64,000 bases of DNA from NCBI RefSeq assembly GCF_027921745.1, contig NC_079239.1:372001-436000 (forward strand), written 5' to 3'. Below, piece after piece: positions 21,991-33,732 of this stretch. Origin of the DNA: Schizosaccharomyces osmophilus (lineage: Eukaryota). The stretch's first letter is position 1. Each line of letters begins with the position of its first letter. Made by a program: the position numbers and the translations under genes. Below the pieces are notes generated by a model. That model worked only from the letters and a program-made list of their open reading frames with translations, made no database searches and was not told the origin of the DNA.

Positions 21991-22826
21991 ACATGATCAT
22001 GAAGAAGCCCTATTTTTTTCGATTCGAAAGGTTTTCAACTTAAAAGTAATCAATCTTATATTATAGTTTCTTTGATATTCTACCATTAAATAAGATTATT
22101 TGGAGTTTGGATTTGTTTATTCATGCGAAAGCAAATCTGGCTTAAATAAAAGTAAGCGAAATACTTTCCAGGTATCCCGAGAAACATACTAAATATACAA
22201 TCTTTTTATCCTGATTTCTTATTTTGCTCCAATCTTTCTTCTCAACGAAGGAAGAGCTTCAATATAGGAGCATTTCAAAGTTTGTTACTCGTTTTATTTT
22301 TTATTCTTAGTCAAAGTTGGTCTAAAATACCAGGGTCAAGTACAATGTGCAAAGGAATAAAAACAAAAATCGCTTTATTTATTGTATTCACTATAAACTT
22401 GTTCCAGTCTAGTAGACTCAATATTCAATGTTTTTGTTTATACAGGCCACGTTACTTGAGTGCCTTGTAGGATCAATTTTTTAACACTACGATTGCCCTT
22501 TCATAGAGTTCAAAATATAATCTTTATGAACGGGGTATTTTATAATAATCTATCATTGAATGAATAGAAATGTCAGTGTTAAATAAAGATTTCGATCAAT
22601 GTTTATACCCAGTTTGCGATCTGGGATATTACTATCGGGAAATAAGCTTATTTGTAAGCTTAAACTAATATACGTAAGTAATCCTGCCCAACACATACAA
22701 CCTAAACAAACGTCTATTTAAAAGTAAACAATAATTATCCAACGATCTTTTCGGTACATCCTGCAAATTCTAGTCTATTAAATCGAATGTTTCAATAATT
22801 ATAGTATTTTAAAAAACATACTGTCA

Positions 22827-24014
22827 ATGGCCTCTACTTACCTTCCGAAAGGAAGCAAGGTTGGGTTTCCATTTTTAATCTTTGGCCTGCTAAACAATCT
22901 TCTTTACGTCGTTATTTTATCTGCTGCGCTTGATTTAGTAGGCGCCAAGATATCCAAAGGGGTTGTTTTACTTTCTAATATCGTCCCTTCTCTCTCTTGT
23001 AAACTTTTAGCTTCAATATTACAAGCTCATAGATACTCGGCTTCTAAAAGGGTCTTGGCTTGTGTTTTCCTATCTTTCTTTGGGATGCAATGGATCGCCT
23101 GGTCATCTTCCGTCTCGTCTAGGATGCTCGGCGTGTCCTTAGCAGCTATCTCGTCAAGCTTTGGTGAAATCACATTTTTACAGCTTTCTAGTAGGTATGA
23201 ATCTACCGCTTTGACTTGTTGGAGCTCTGGCACTGGCTTAGCTGGCCTGTTTGGTGCATCCTTCTACCTTGTGTTCACAACATGGTTTAACTTTACTGTG
23301 CGTACCACCCTTTTGATATCGAGTTTTCTTCCTTTATTCTTAATTTTTAATTACTTCTGCATTTTACCAAAGCCCGAGTACCAGCATATCTCTGTTCCTC
23401 ACCAAATGCCGTTCGATGCAATTCACCAAGGAGGAACTAGTTCTTCCAAAAACATTCTCTCCTCTATAAGGGTATTCTTCTATCTTGCAAAGCCATTTTT
23501 ACTATCTCATATGCTGCCGCTGTTTTTAGTCTACCTTTCTGAATATACAATTAATGTCGGAGTAGCACCTACTCTATTGTTCCCCCCAGAAGATTCAGGA
23601 CTAAACTCATTTCGTGATTTTTACCCTACATATCAAACCATGTACCAACTCGGGGTTTTCATATCGCGCTCCTCTATAGGATGGCTTAAGGTTCCTTACG
23701 TTTTGGAGCTTTCTGTTATTCAATCTGGCATCTTGGGTTTTACAATCCTCCAGTCACTATATTACTTCATTCACAGCTACCATTTTTTGTTATTAATAAT
23801 CTTTGTTGAGGGACTTATTGGTGGAACCGTTTATGTCAATGTCTATCACACCTTGCAAAACCTTGGTCATATCGACAGTGAGATGGCCATAAGCGTTGTC
23901 AGCCCTTCTGACAGCACTGGTATATTTATCGCATCTCTTCTGTCTTTAGTCCTTGAACCCAGTCTTTGCGGCTACCAAGTACGACATGGTCGAGATTGGT
24001 GTAACCGTATTTAG
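22827..24014 (+). CDS. btn1: Battenin / CLN3 family vacuolar membrane protein
   Basis: FGLLNNLLYVVILSAALDLVG, WSSGTGLAG, EYTINVGVAPTLLFP, EGLIGGTVYVN. Confidence 0.95.
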   Translation: MASTYLPKGSKVGFPFLIFGLLNNLLYVVILSAALDLVGAKISKGVVLLSNIVPSLSCKLLASILQAHRYSASKRVLACVFLSFFGMQWIAWSSSVSSRMLGVSLAAISSSFGEITFLQLSSRYESTALTCWSSGTGLAGLFGASFYLVFTTWFNFTVRTTLLISSFLPLFLIFNYFCILPKPEYQHISVPHQMPFDAIHQGGTSSSKNILSSIRVFFYLAKPFLLSHMLPLFLVYLSEYTINVGVAPTLLFPPEDSGLNSFRDFYPTYQTMYQLGVFISRSSIGWLKVPYVLELSVIQSGILGFTILQSLYYFIHSYHFLLLIIFVEGLIGGTVYVNVYHTLQNLGHIDSEMAISVVSPSDSTGIFIASLLSLVLEPSLCGYQVRHGRDWCNRI

Positions 24015-24376
24015 ACACACTTCATAGTCCACCTTACAACGTCAAATGTTCGCTAATATGTATGTAGCTAAGTAGTTCTTTCAGTTTTTCATATGTTAAT
24101 GTTTTCTAAACTTTTATTTATTTTTTTCTTTTTCTGTATAAAACAGTTTGTTTAAAAGACGTAACTTGTTGGAAAACAATACTTATTGTAGTGAACCAGA
24201 CAATCTTCTAGCAACAGCAAGTGACGTTGGTGTGAAAACTCAATAATTTTTTTATTCAGATGTCGAGTTGAACGAATCCTATGCGCTTTACTTTTTGAAT
24301 TTTAATGTGAAACCTTTATGTAATCTTCACGAATTCTTGAAATTCCACAGCTCACAAACAGATACCTGACGTTTTA

Positions 24377-26050
24377 ATGGCAGAGAAGCAACTGATATCC
24401 CTATTTGACGATGAATATTGCACGAAATATACTATCCTAATCGCTAGTACGTTGGGCCGTATGAAAGAAACCCGGGATTCCTCTTTTTACGAAAATGAAC
24501 ACCAGTTATCGGAAGAAGAAAGAAAAGAGTGGGAATTGTTCCATGAAAAATATGATGAGTGGGCTATAACGGTCGTAAAGAGAACAGGCAATGCTTTAGA
24601 TCCATCGACGCCCAAGGATGCGGCGGAAGTTAAGAAATTCAAATCTTTTAGTGAAGCAGAAAAGGGCGAATGCTTTGTCAAGTGTTTGCTTCTTCTTTTA
24701 ATTTCATTGGAAGATTATTCGTCGAATTCGCGCCAACTACTATACCTCATTTCTAAAGAATTAAACCAGCCCGAAGAAGTTCCCCACAAGGCAGAGTTTA
24801 TAACGTCGTCTATGCTTATAGAGACTTTTGAAAAAATTGAATCAAACGAAAAATGGTATGAACTATCGAAGTCCCAGCAACTCCGGAAACGTATTACTAT
24901 GGGATTAGCTGGCATCACCGGAGGGGCATTAATTGGTATTACAGGCGGACTGGCTGCACCCTTTGTAGTTAGCGGATTAGGCGTTTTGTTTGCAGGATTG
25001 GGACTTGGTACTGTGGTCGGAGCTTCTTATTTGGGGGCCGTGATTACATCTGCTCCCATGATTACCGCACTTTTTGGAGGATTTGGAGCAAAAATGAGTA
25101 TGAATCAAGTCCACGAAATCTCAAGAGGAATTCGTGACTTTGAATTTATTCCATTAGACGTTTCTTCCAATCTTTCCATGACGATTGGCGTCGCCGGATG
25201 GCTTGAAAGCCCCCAAGATGCTGCTGACACTTGGTATCCTCTGACCTTTGGTGATAAATCATACTATTGGGGAGATTTGTATGCTTTAAAATTCGAAGTT
25301 CAGGCTTTTGTTGATTTAGGAAAAGTTATATCTCGTATTCTATTTACAACCGGTTTGGGTTGGGTTCAAGATGAAGTACTTAAACGAACAATTTTGGCTC
25401 CTTTATCTGCTGCTCTTTGGCCTCTAGGCCTCTTAAGGATTGGAAACATTTTGGGTAATTCATGGAGGGTAGTATTTAATCTCTCTATCAAAGCCGGAGA
25501 AGCTCTTGCCAACGGTTTGTGTATGAGAGCACAAGGAAAACGTCCAGTTACATTGATCGGATTTTCTTTGGGGTCAAGAACTATTTTTGAATGTTTACTT
25601 AAATTAGCTGATCGGGGTGAAATTGGTATCGTAGAAAATGTTATATTAATGGGAACGCCAGCATCTACGGACCCCAAACTTTGGAGGAAAATGCGAAGTG
25701 TGGTGTCAGGAAGATTCGTAAATGTTTACTCTAAAAACGACTATGTGCTACAACTGGTTTACAAAACGAATAGTATTCAGGCCCATGCTGCAGGCTTGGA
25801 GCCCATTGCAGTAAACTCATCATGTGTAGAAAACTTCAACGTTGGGGACCTGATTGAAGGACATCTTCAGTATCGTTGGCTTCTCCCAAAGATATTAAAG
25901 GAACGATTAGGCTATTCACACATTTCAGACAAAATGATCGACGAGCTTCAAATACAAGAAAAAACCTTTGAACAGTCTCAGCGGGAACTATTTAATGAAG
26001 ATACAAAAGAACAAGAAGTCATTTTTGATGCATCCGAAACCTCTGAATAG
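24377..26050 (+). CDS. DUF726/TMCO4-family alpha/beta-hydrolase-like membrane protein (SPAC607.08c, Mil1-like)
   Basis: GGALIGITGGLAAP, RPVTLIGFSLGSR (GxSxG), VVSGRFVNVYSKNDYVL, GHLQY. Confidence 0.88.
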   Translation: MAEKQLISLFDDEYCTKYTILIASTLGRMKETRDSSFYENEHQLSEEERKEWELFHEKYDEWAITVVKRTGNALDPSTPKDAAEVKKFKSFSEAEKGECFVKCLLLLLISLEDYSSNSRQLLYLISKELNQPEEVPHKAEFITSSMLIETFEKIESNEKWYELSKSQQLRKRITMGLAGITGGALIGITGGLAAPFVVSGLGVLFAGLGLGTVVGASYLGAVITSAPMITALFGGFGAKMSMNQVHEISRGIRDFEFIPLDVSSNLSMTIGVAGWLESPQDAADTWYPLTFGDKSYYWGDLYALKFEVQAFVDLGKVISRILFTTGLGWVQDEVLKRTILAPLSAALWPLGLLRIGNILGNSWRVVFNLSIKAGEALANGLCMRAQGKRPVTLIGFSLGSRTIFECLLKLADRGEIGIVENVILMGTPASTDPKLWRKMRSVVSGRFVNVYSKNDYVLQLVYKTNSIQAHAAGLEPIAVNSSCVENFNVGDLIEGHLQYRWLLPKILKERLGYSHISDKMIDELQIQEKTFEQSQRELFNEDTKEQEVIFDASETSE

Positions 26051-26150
26051 GTAATTGAAATTCGGAATTCATGAAAACATCAAATATAGCTTCTCGCTTC
26101 GCTGTTTGCTTATTTTTGCAAGTTACTTGGGTTCCATTTCCCTACTAGAG

Positions 26151-26171
26151 TTTTTTTTTTTTTTTTTTTTT
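26151..26171. repeat. Poly(T)21 tract
   Basis: Direct read; intergenic. Confidence 0.85.
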
Positions 26172-26463
26172 CTAACAATAATTTTAAATGGCTAATTTCT
26201 TACTTTGTATAAATTCCTTTTTTGTTTCATTTTAACGTTTTTCATGTTCTTTAGACAGTTTCTTTTGGTTTTCTCTTTACAATAATATAATAAAAAACTT
26301 TACTTATGTAAGTGTAACTAACTATCTGTCCTTTACAAAATTTTTCTCAACGATTCGTACATTTACTTTGACGTTACCTTTATTTCATTTTCGAGTATCC
26401 AATTCTTTCTTCCTTTCTTCTTGTAAATAGTTTGTAACTGGTAATTGGAAGCGCTCAAAGAAG

Positions 26464-26886
26464 ATGAGTATTCTTGGAATTGTCGCGGTATCGATCATTT
26501 GTGCGATTGCCTTTTTATTTGTGTCCTATGGAACTCTTCGTCTAATTAATGCTGCTAGAAGAAGAAGCGCTATGAACAAGGGAGATTCTTCTTCTACGAG
26601 ATCCTGGAAATTTTTGAAGAATCCCTTTGCTCGTTCCGGAAAGTTTGAGGCTTTAGATGCTGATGATATGTGGGACAGTCGAGTCGAAGAAACAGAATTA
26701 AGCACCATTCCTTCAGCTGCTAATTATTTCGAGAACGTTACGGAAAGATCACCCTTTGTTACAGCCGATTTGAACTCTCAGCGAGATTCTTCACCTGCTT
26801 CCCATGGAAAGCATTTAGAAAATGAAGCTTTTGCATCCCCATTCCATCCGGAAAACTCACCGTTTTCACAAAACAAAGCTACGTAA
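26464..26886 (+). CDS. Small single-pass membrane protein (SPAC607.07c-like)
   Basis: 140 aa; N-terminal hydrophobic helix followed by a basic RRR stop-transfer and an FEALDADDMWDSRV motif. Confidence 0.75.
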   Translation: MSILGIVAVSIICAIAFLFVSYGTLRLINAARRRSAMNKGDSSSTRSWKFLKNPFARSGKFEALDADDMWDSRVEETELSTIPSAANYFENVTERSPFVTADLNSQRDSSPASHGKHLENEAFASPFHPENSPFSQNKAT

Positions 26887-27521
26887 AGTCTTTCGTTTTC
26901 AATCTTGATTCAAGTTACCACAGGCCGCCGCATTGTTATTTAAGTTTAATTTAGTTTCTCACAGGTTTAGTAGAAAAGCGTTGCTGAACAGGTCAGGTTA
27001 CGCAACTAGCTTGGATGAAGATTGCTATTAAACCTGGTTTCCTTTCCTATTATACCTTCTATATACTTAAGCATCCCTAGAACATTCTTTTTGACTTTTT
27101 TCCGACTTTGTCTTTTACTTTACTTAATTCTCTCCTTTTTCCGCCGTTCATTGTTTTCGAATTTCGTTTGTTTTGCATTTTTTTTTCGCAATTCTAAATA
27201 TATCTATTTGACTTTTAGATCAAACATGAAAAATCAGTATAGAGTTCTTTTTTTTAATTGGATTCATGGTTAAATGCACAAGTCTTGACTACTTGCCGAT
27301 AATCAAAATAATACCAGCGTTTAATTATGTTTTGTTGTTAGTCTGAAACCATCATGCTTCACTTGGACATTTACTTGCTAAAAGTATATAAATTACATAT
27401 TGTGTAGTTCAATGAAAGTATATACCTTGGTGCCAATATTTACCAATCGAATTCATTCTTATGTTGCTTAACTTCAATATATCTTACGGCATTTTCACCT
27501 TCACTCACTTACACATAAGAA

Positions 27522-29499
27522 ATGAGTCAAATCATTCTAGACAATATTCAAAACAATGATACTGTATACCATGTAAGGAAGAATTTGTTTTTCTGATTAT
27601 TTTATGAGAATACTATTATATCATTTCAAATCGTTCACATTGCTAATCGAATTTTCGTAACAGAGATTTGTCATTGTTCATGGTAGAGTCACCAAAAACA
27701 ATTCCCATGCTTCTGCCATAGTAACAGTGAAGCATTCCGGCGATACATTTCCACAACAGGTTTGGGTTGTCACGAAGTCTTACTTTAAGGCTCTTGTTCA
27801 AGTAGTGCCAGGCGAAAATGAAATTTTATTTCAAACCGATGATGGATTTGAACTCCCTTTGCATTTGACTTATCAAGTTCTTAATGATAATCCTTTCTAC
27901 CGAATTGGCCTTGTTGTAGGAAGAGATTCTGATTTAAGATTTGACGCTCCTTATGGCATGAAGAATGACCTTGACGAAGCGATCCGCAAATTGCGTTGCG
28001 CAGCTTATCTTTGGCAAGCATTTACTGCCGAATGTATGTACAGAAATGGATTTGGTAGGCGTACATTTCGCTTGGAAGAAAACGTCCAACCTGACACAAT
28101 GTCTTGTCAGTCAGCATGGGGCACTGAAAGACTGACTGCTTCAATTCATGTATTGAGATCAGACAAAACGGCTGAAGAAATTCGATCTACTCCGCCTGAT
28201 CAACTTTTTCACGTTGCTGGAAATGCCGTTGATAAATTGAATCTTCCAGAGCCATGGCATTACATCTGCATGTTGTTAGATACTCGCTATGATCCTTCTT
28301 CAAAAGAAGTCCGAGGCCATGTTGCTTTAGGAGGTGGTACTGATATGCATAAACTAGGTGTCTTTGGTTCCCATTCTTTGCATTCTTTTCCTAGCGCTTT
28401 AGAATATGTTGTACCTGTTTTCAGCGATGTCAGAAGGCTTCCCGATTACTTAGCAAACGATGCTAATGAAAGTTCTACTGTCTGGGAGTGTGCTAATATT
28501 GGAATTGGAGCTATACTACATGAACTTGGTCATACCCTTGGATGCCCTCATCAGCCAGATGGCATTATGCTACGTTCTTACCCAATTTTTAACCGTAGCT
28601 TTACAACGAGAGAATTTGAATGTGTCCGTACAGGAAGTAAAGGTCTTGCTCCCGTACTTCCAAAAGATGAATGCTCGTGGCATTACTTAGACCTATTAAG
28701 ATTTTATTATCATCCACTTTTCCGACTTCCTTTTGATCAGCCTTATCCATCAGACGTTGAAACAAGTTACTATGTAAGTGGCGATCAGATAGTGTTTACA
28801 AATGATGCTGGGATATTCCTTGCGGAAATTGAATATAATGGTCAGACCAAGGGATGGAAAATTTTCAATCCTCCTGAGGAGAAAGCTGCTTTTACTGATG
28901 CAGAGATTCGATCGCTGTCGAACGCCGATTCTGGTCAAGACTATCGTATCCGAATCCTAACTAGGAATTACAAAACGATGGATTTGAGTGATGTTCCTGG
29001 AATCATTAGGAATGCAAAGATCTCTACCAATTTTGGTAATATATATCGCTCCGAAAGATTTGGTCTTCGTGGATGCAACGGGAATGAACTAACTAATCTT
29101 TTATTTTCACCCGACAAGAAAATCACTAAAGTACGCGTGCATTGTGGTCTTGCTTTAGATGGTATTGAAGTCTTTTTTGGTTCAGAATCTGCCCTTCTTG
29201 GAAATTGTGGGGGAAGTCCTCACGATTTCGACACAACAGGCAGCAGTATTTCCGGGTTTCTTATTCGTAGTGGAGCCTGGGTAGATGGAATTAGTATTAT
29301 TTTGGAAAATGGCAACACTAGCCCCTTTTTTGGTAATGCAAATGGCGGTGGTCAAAAACTGTATAAAATTCCTGAAAATTCCAGATTGGTTGGCTTTTAC
29401 GGAACGCTGGCGGTAAGACAAGATTAAACTTCGTTAATTCAACGTTTTACTAATTGTTTATAGGGCTTTATGGATTCTGTTGGATTCTTTATCCAGTAG
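27522..29499 (+). CDS. Zinc metallopeptidase with C-terminal jacalin-like lectin domain (SPAC607.06c / YIL108W-like); introns 27573-27663 and 29413-29463
   Basis: HELGHTLGCPH (HExxHxxGxxH) zinc motif; C-terminal GG-rich beta-prism segments (DGIEV, GAWVDGI, VGFYG). Confidence 0.88.
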
Positions 29500-29677
29500 A
29501 TGAAACATCTTTGAAAATTGCCTAGCTGGTTTAACATTTTTGTAGTACATTCCGCTCCTTTTGAATGCTTTAAAGATAAGAAAACCATCAAATTCATTTT
29601 ATCTAGTTGAATTTCTATCAATGTCATGATTTGAATTTTTTATGTTCTTCCATTTTCATATGCATAAACGCAAAACA

Positions 29678-30899
29678 TTAAACAAAAACTCCTTTGCCAG
29701 AAGCTTCAACAATATTATTCAATGAATGGATGTTTTGATTCCAATCACGTAAGCGTGTTTCCATACTGGCAACTTGAGAGTGGTTGAGGATTCTTGATTG
29801 AACAGAAGAAATATTTACGATCTGTGCAACTTGGTCAATCAACCCCGTAATTAAACCAACGCTGAGGGCACGCATAATTAACAACTCAACTTCATGGGAA
29901 GGGATACGAGTTGCTTTAGCAATGGTGTGAAAAGTTAGAGTACGTTGATTGGGAGGTAACTGGAAAACAAGCTCAATCAATGCCATAAGACGTACTTTCT
30001 GGCCGAGTAGACCCACAGAACTTTGCAAAAGAGGAATTTTGTTGATGTGTGCCATGAGACGCTCATATTTAGCCAAGTCACCAACATTCATAGCCACAAC
30101 AAGGTCATGTAGCCATTCATGCTGAGTACCCACTAAAACCTGGAAAACAGGGTGTAGCAAAAGCTCACCAAAGTTATAAATGTCACCCAAAATAGCAGCG
30201 ACACTAAGGTCAACAGCGCGCTCTTCCATTTCCATTCGAGATAGTTGTTCTAAATCAACGCAGGACAGGTAAAGAAGGCAATGGCGATAGTATTGGGCAT
30301 AATCGGCTTTGGCCTTGTAGTAATCCGCACTAACGCTATAATATGAAGCATGAATGATATTTTCCACATAATCAATTCGCTCAATAACTTTATCGGCTTT
30401 AATTAAAATATCTCTTGCTGCATCCAAATCATTAAAGACAAGTTTGATTCGACCAATAGCAACCAAAGCATAAACATAGGCATCCTTAAATTTCTCTTCA
30501 TCAATACCTTCAATCAGCTGGGTTAAATTGCGAAAGGCTTCCTCATTTGAGCAAGATTCAAATGCCTTCAACGCTATATAAACAGCTTTGAGCTGATTTA
30601 TATCTGATCGGAATGCACTAACGAAATTTGTGTAAAGGTCAAGTCGTAAGGGAATAGTTTCGGGCGTTTCGAAAAACTGAATAAGTTTATCTGTTAATTG
30701 TTTCCATAATCTAAAACAAGGTTAATCTTGGCCCTACTTTTGAAATTCATTTCGTTTCTGATATACTATCATCACAGACTACATACTTTCGTTCATATAG
30801 ATCTTCCATAACGAAATAATATTCTTGAAACTGTTCAGGAGCTCTCGCTGCCTGATCCTGTAAGAAATTTGACATACTAACAGCCATTTCGGTATCCAT
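29678..30899 (-). CDS. rpn9: 19S proteasome lid subunit Rpn9; intron 30786-30711
   Basis: LYERKLWKQLT across the splice junction; IYNFGELLLHP; PCI domain VELLIMRALSVGLITG. Confidence 0.95.
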
Positions 30900-31328
30900 T
30901 TTCTGAAAGGATGCTATTGAGGTGGTAGTGGTTAAGGCAACTCTGAGGATTCAGAGTCGCCCTTTAGTCATAGTTGAACAACATTAGAAGTACAATCATT
31001 CAAAAACCATTCATTCATAATTCTTATGTTCGGTTTTCTTCTTTACTATTTTTAAAAATAATGTAATAATAAGTAGACGTTCAATACTTAAGATTATCTG
31101 TAAGAAATGTACAACATAAACAACAGCTCAAAACCATTTCCAATGCATTACTTATGTAAAAAAATCTATAGATGTATCTAGGTGGAAGCCTTATCCAAAG
31201 CTTCGATGCGTAAACAGACAAAAAAAAACCAGGTACTCCCCTCAGTGTGGATCTATCAAACAAGAACTGCAGGGGAATCCTATTTTGCAAAAAAATTCTA
31301 GATATACCAATAAACATAACTAAAAATT

Positions 31329-32162
31329 TTAGCAATGGTTAGTTTGACTCAGCTTTTGAAAGGATTCTCTCAAACTCCGGACTCCAAATAGTGTGTTTTC
31401 GTCTACGCTGCCGAGCGTCCAAGTAGAATGTGCCAAGTCAATCAATTTCATATTATACAATTGGCTTCCTTCTTTTTCTAGAACTTGCATATAATCCTCC
31501 GTACTCTCTAGGTCGTATGCAAGCAAAAGACTAGATGACCGAAACTCGACAGAAAGGGAGGAAATGTCTTTTTCGAAATCTTTAAGTAGACTGGAGAACT
31601 TTTCTAACAAAATCTTTCTGAGATGGTCTGGACAGGGTGAGAAAAAAACCGAAAGCCCTTGCAAAATCGTATCATTGGCAAGCTGTTTCCCCCAGGCCGT
31701 AGAATAGGTAGTATAAGAGTGAGATGCTTTATCTGATACTAAGATTCCAGTAATCCGAAACCCAAGACTTCCACTCGTAGTCATCTGTGAAACCACGTCT
31801 AGCCTAGTGCGTTTCTCAGGGGAGGCATCCAATGCCCAAAGTTGTCTACCAAGTTTAATATCCATAACACAAGGACGCTTCATAGCATGTATTATATTTT
31901 CCAGTATGAAAGCGCGACTACTCATCGCAAGATTTGTATCATTTCGCAAACCATCCATGTCAAGCTGTAGCTGTCTTGCATGCTCTACATCCCATTTCCC
32001 ATAAAAGCGTGGAAGCCACTTCCGAAGTGTATCACATTCATTACAGGACTTATAAAAGTAGATTTCACTGTCAAGACAGGGCTTCACAAGGTACCGTTTA
32101 TCCTCACTAACGAGGACTTCTCCATGGCCGGCAGCTTGTAAATTAAAGGGTATAAGTTTCAT
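31329..32162 (-). CDS. arg82: Inositol polyphosphate multikinase Arg82/Ipk2
   Basis: QAAGH, PCVMDIKLG (PxxxDxKxG), SSLL, KLIDLAH. Confidence 0.9.
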   Translation of the reverse strand: MKLIPFNLQAAGHGEVLVSEDKRYLVKPCLDSEIYFYKSCNECDTLRKWLPRFYGKWDVEHARQLQLDMDGLRNDTNLAMSSRAFILENIIHAMKRPCVMDIKLGRQLWALDASPEKRTRLDVVSQMTTSGSLGFRITGILVSDKASHSYTTYSTAWGKQLANDTILQGLSVFFSPCPDHLRKILLEKFSSLLKDFEKDISSLSVEFRSSSLLLAYDLESTEDYMQVLEKEGSQLYNMKLIDLAHSTWTLGSVDENTLFGVRSLRESFQKLSQTNHC

Positions 32163-32577
32163 TCAGTCATTCAGCGTCCAATTTCCTCTTTTATTCAACA
32201 AGAGAAAAAAACAAATTATAACATACTTTCAATACTGAAATTCAACGTTACCACATATGGTGGTTTTCTGTGTGAGTGCAAAGTAACAATGTAACCGCCA
32301 AATCGTATTCTCACTATTCAGTTAACTTGGCAGTTTGTATAAATTGCGCCCATTCATGCCTTTTATTGCTCAATTATTTGGCCTTTTAATGCTACTTTTC
32401 ACTCTATTTCCATAAATCACTTTTCCAAACAGATTCTGCAAAATTTTATGCAGAGGTGACATCGTTACCTGTGTAACAAAATAAAAGTCACCGAGCAAAT
32501 TTTTCTTAACTTGGGCGAGCAACTATTTCATTTAGGTGTAAAAAACTCACTTATACAAGCAAGGAACCCGTATAATC

Positions 32578-33156
32578 ATGTCTGTCAATCCTAAGGTATG
32601 TTAATACTATAAGAATACAAAGGAGCATGCTGGAAAAGTATCAATTCGAAACGAAACTTTTCGATTCCGAATTGATGTGTAAAGTTATGATGAAGTGGAT
32701 AAACCATTGAGTGGTTTACTACATTAAAGGCTTTGGAGCTTTTTAAAAACCTTTTAATTCTTGTTTTACGAGATCTGCGCTAACATCTGTTTTTAGGCTT
32801 TTCCTTTAGCCGACACTGGCTTAACTCAACAAATTCTTGACTTGGTGCAACAAGGCTCTCATTACAAGCAACTCCGCAAGGGTGCTAACGAGGCTACCAA
32901 GACTTTGAACCGTGGTATCAGCGAATTCATTGTCATGGCTGCCGACACTGAGCCCATCGAGATTTTGTTGCATCTTCCTCTTCTTTGCGAAGACAAGAAC
33001 GTTCCCTACGTTTTTGTTCCCAGCAAGGCTGCGCTTGGACGCGCTTGCGGTGTCAGCCGTCCTGTGATTTCGGCTAGTATTACTACCAATGAGGCTAGTG
33101 ATTTGGCTCCTCAAATCCAAGCCATCAGGTTGGCTATCGAAAAGCTTCTCATTTAA
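32578..33156 (+). CDS. snu13: K-turn binding protein Snu13 (15.5K); intron 32596-32796
   Basis: MSVNPK|AFPLAD...[16 protein letters not shown]...[18 protein letters not shown]. Confidence 0.97.
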
Positions 33157-33732
33157 AGGTCATAAAATAAAATGGCGACATGTGAATGTCAAGTTATCTA
33201 AATTTTTGTATGCGTTTGCTGTAAGTCTTCATTTAGCTAGAATGAGCAGTATCATGATAATGATGTTCATCTTTGGGAAACCAATACGGAAACAAGACTT
33301 GTTATTTTTAGGAAATTGCTGCATTTCAATTGTAAATGGCACAGTGGAAGGTAGAGCTTATGATATGGTTGGAAGTACTCTCCCAAAGTTTTAAACAGCA
33401 GTATTAAAACAACGGCATTCGGTTCATCCTTGCTATATGCTTTTTCATTCTAAAATGTTTTCATCCATGTAATTTTAATCTCTTTTACATACTCCCTACA
33501 TATATTCATCTGTAAGCAATTCAAACCAGAACTTCCTGAGCGCAATTCTCATTCTCATTTTATTAGTTTTTCTAGATCTTTACAAGCCTTGTTTATCTAG
33601 AAAAGTTAGTCCAAGTTCACAGACTCGTTAATGTAATATTTCTTCTATTTCATTCCTTCTAGAAACCATAAAATTCCCTAAGCCTGGAAAGTTCACACTT
33701 GTCTACCACCACCACCAAAATATATGTCCGAA

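Noticed and set aside
21488..22470. Short ORFs in the spo3-btn1 intergenic region
   Set aside because: AT-rich promoter DNA containing FLEX sites; no coding features.
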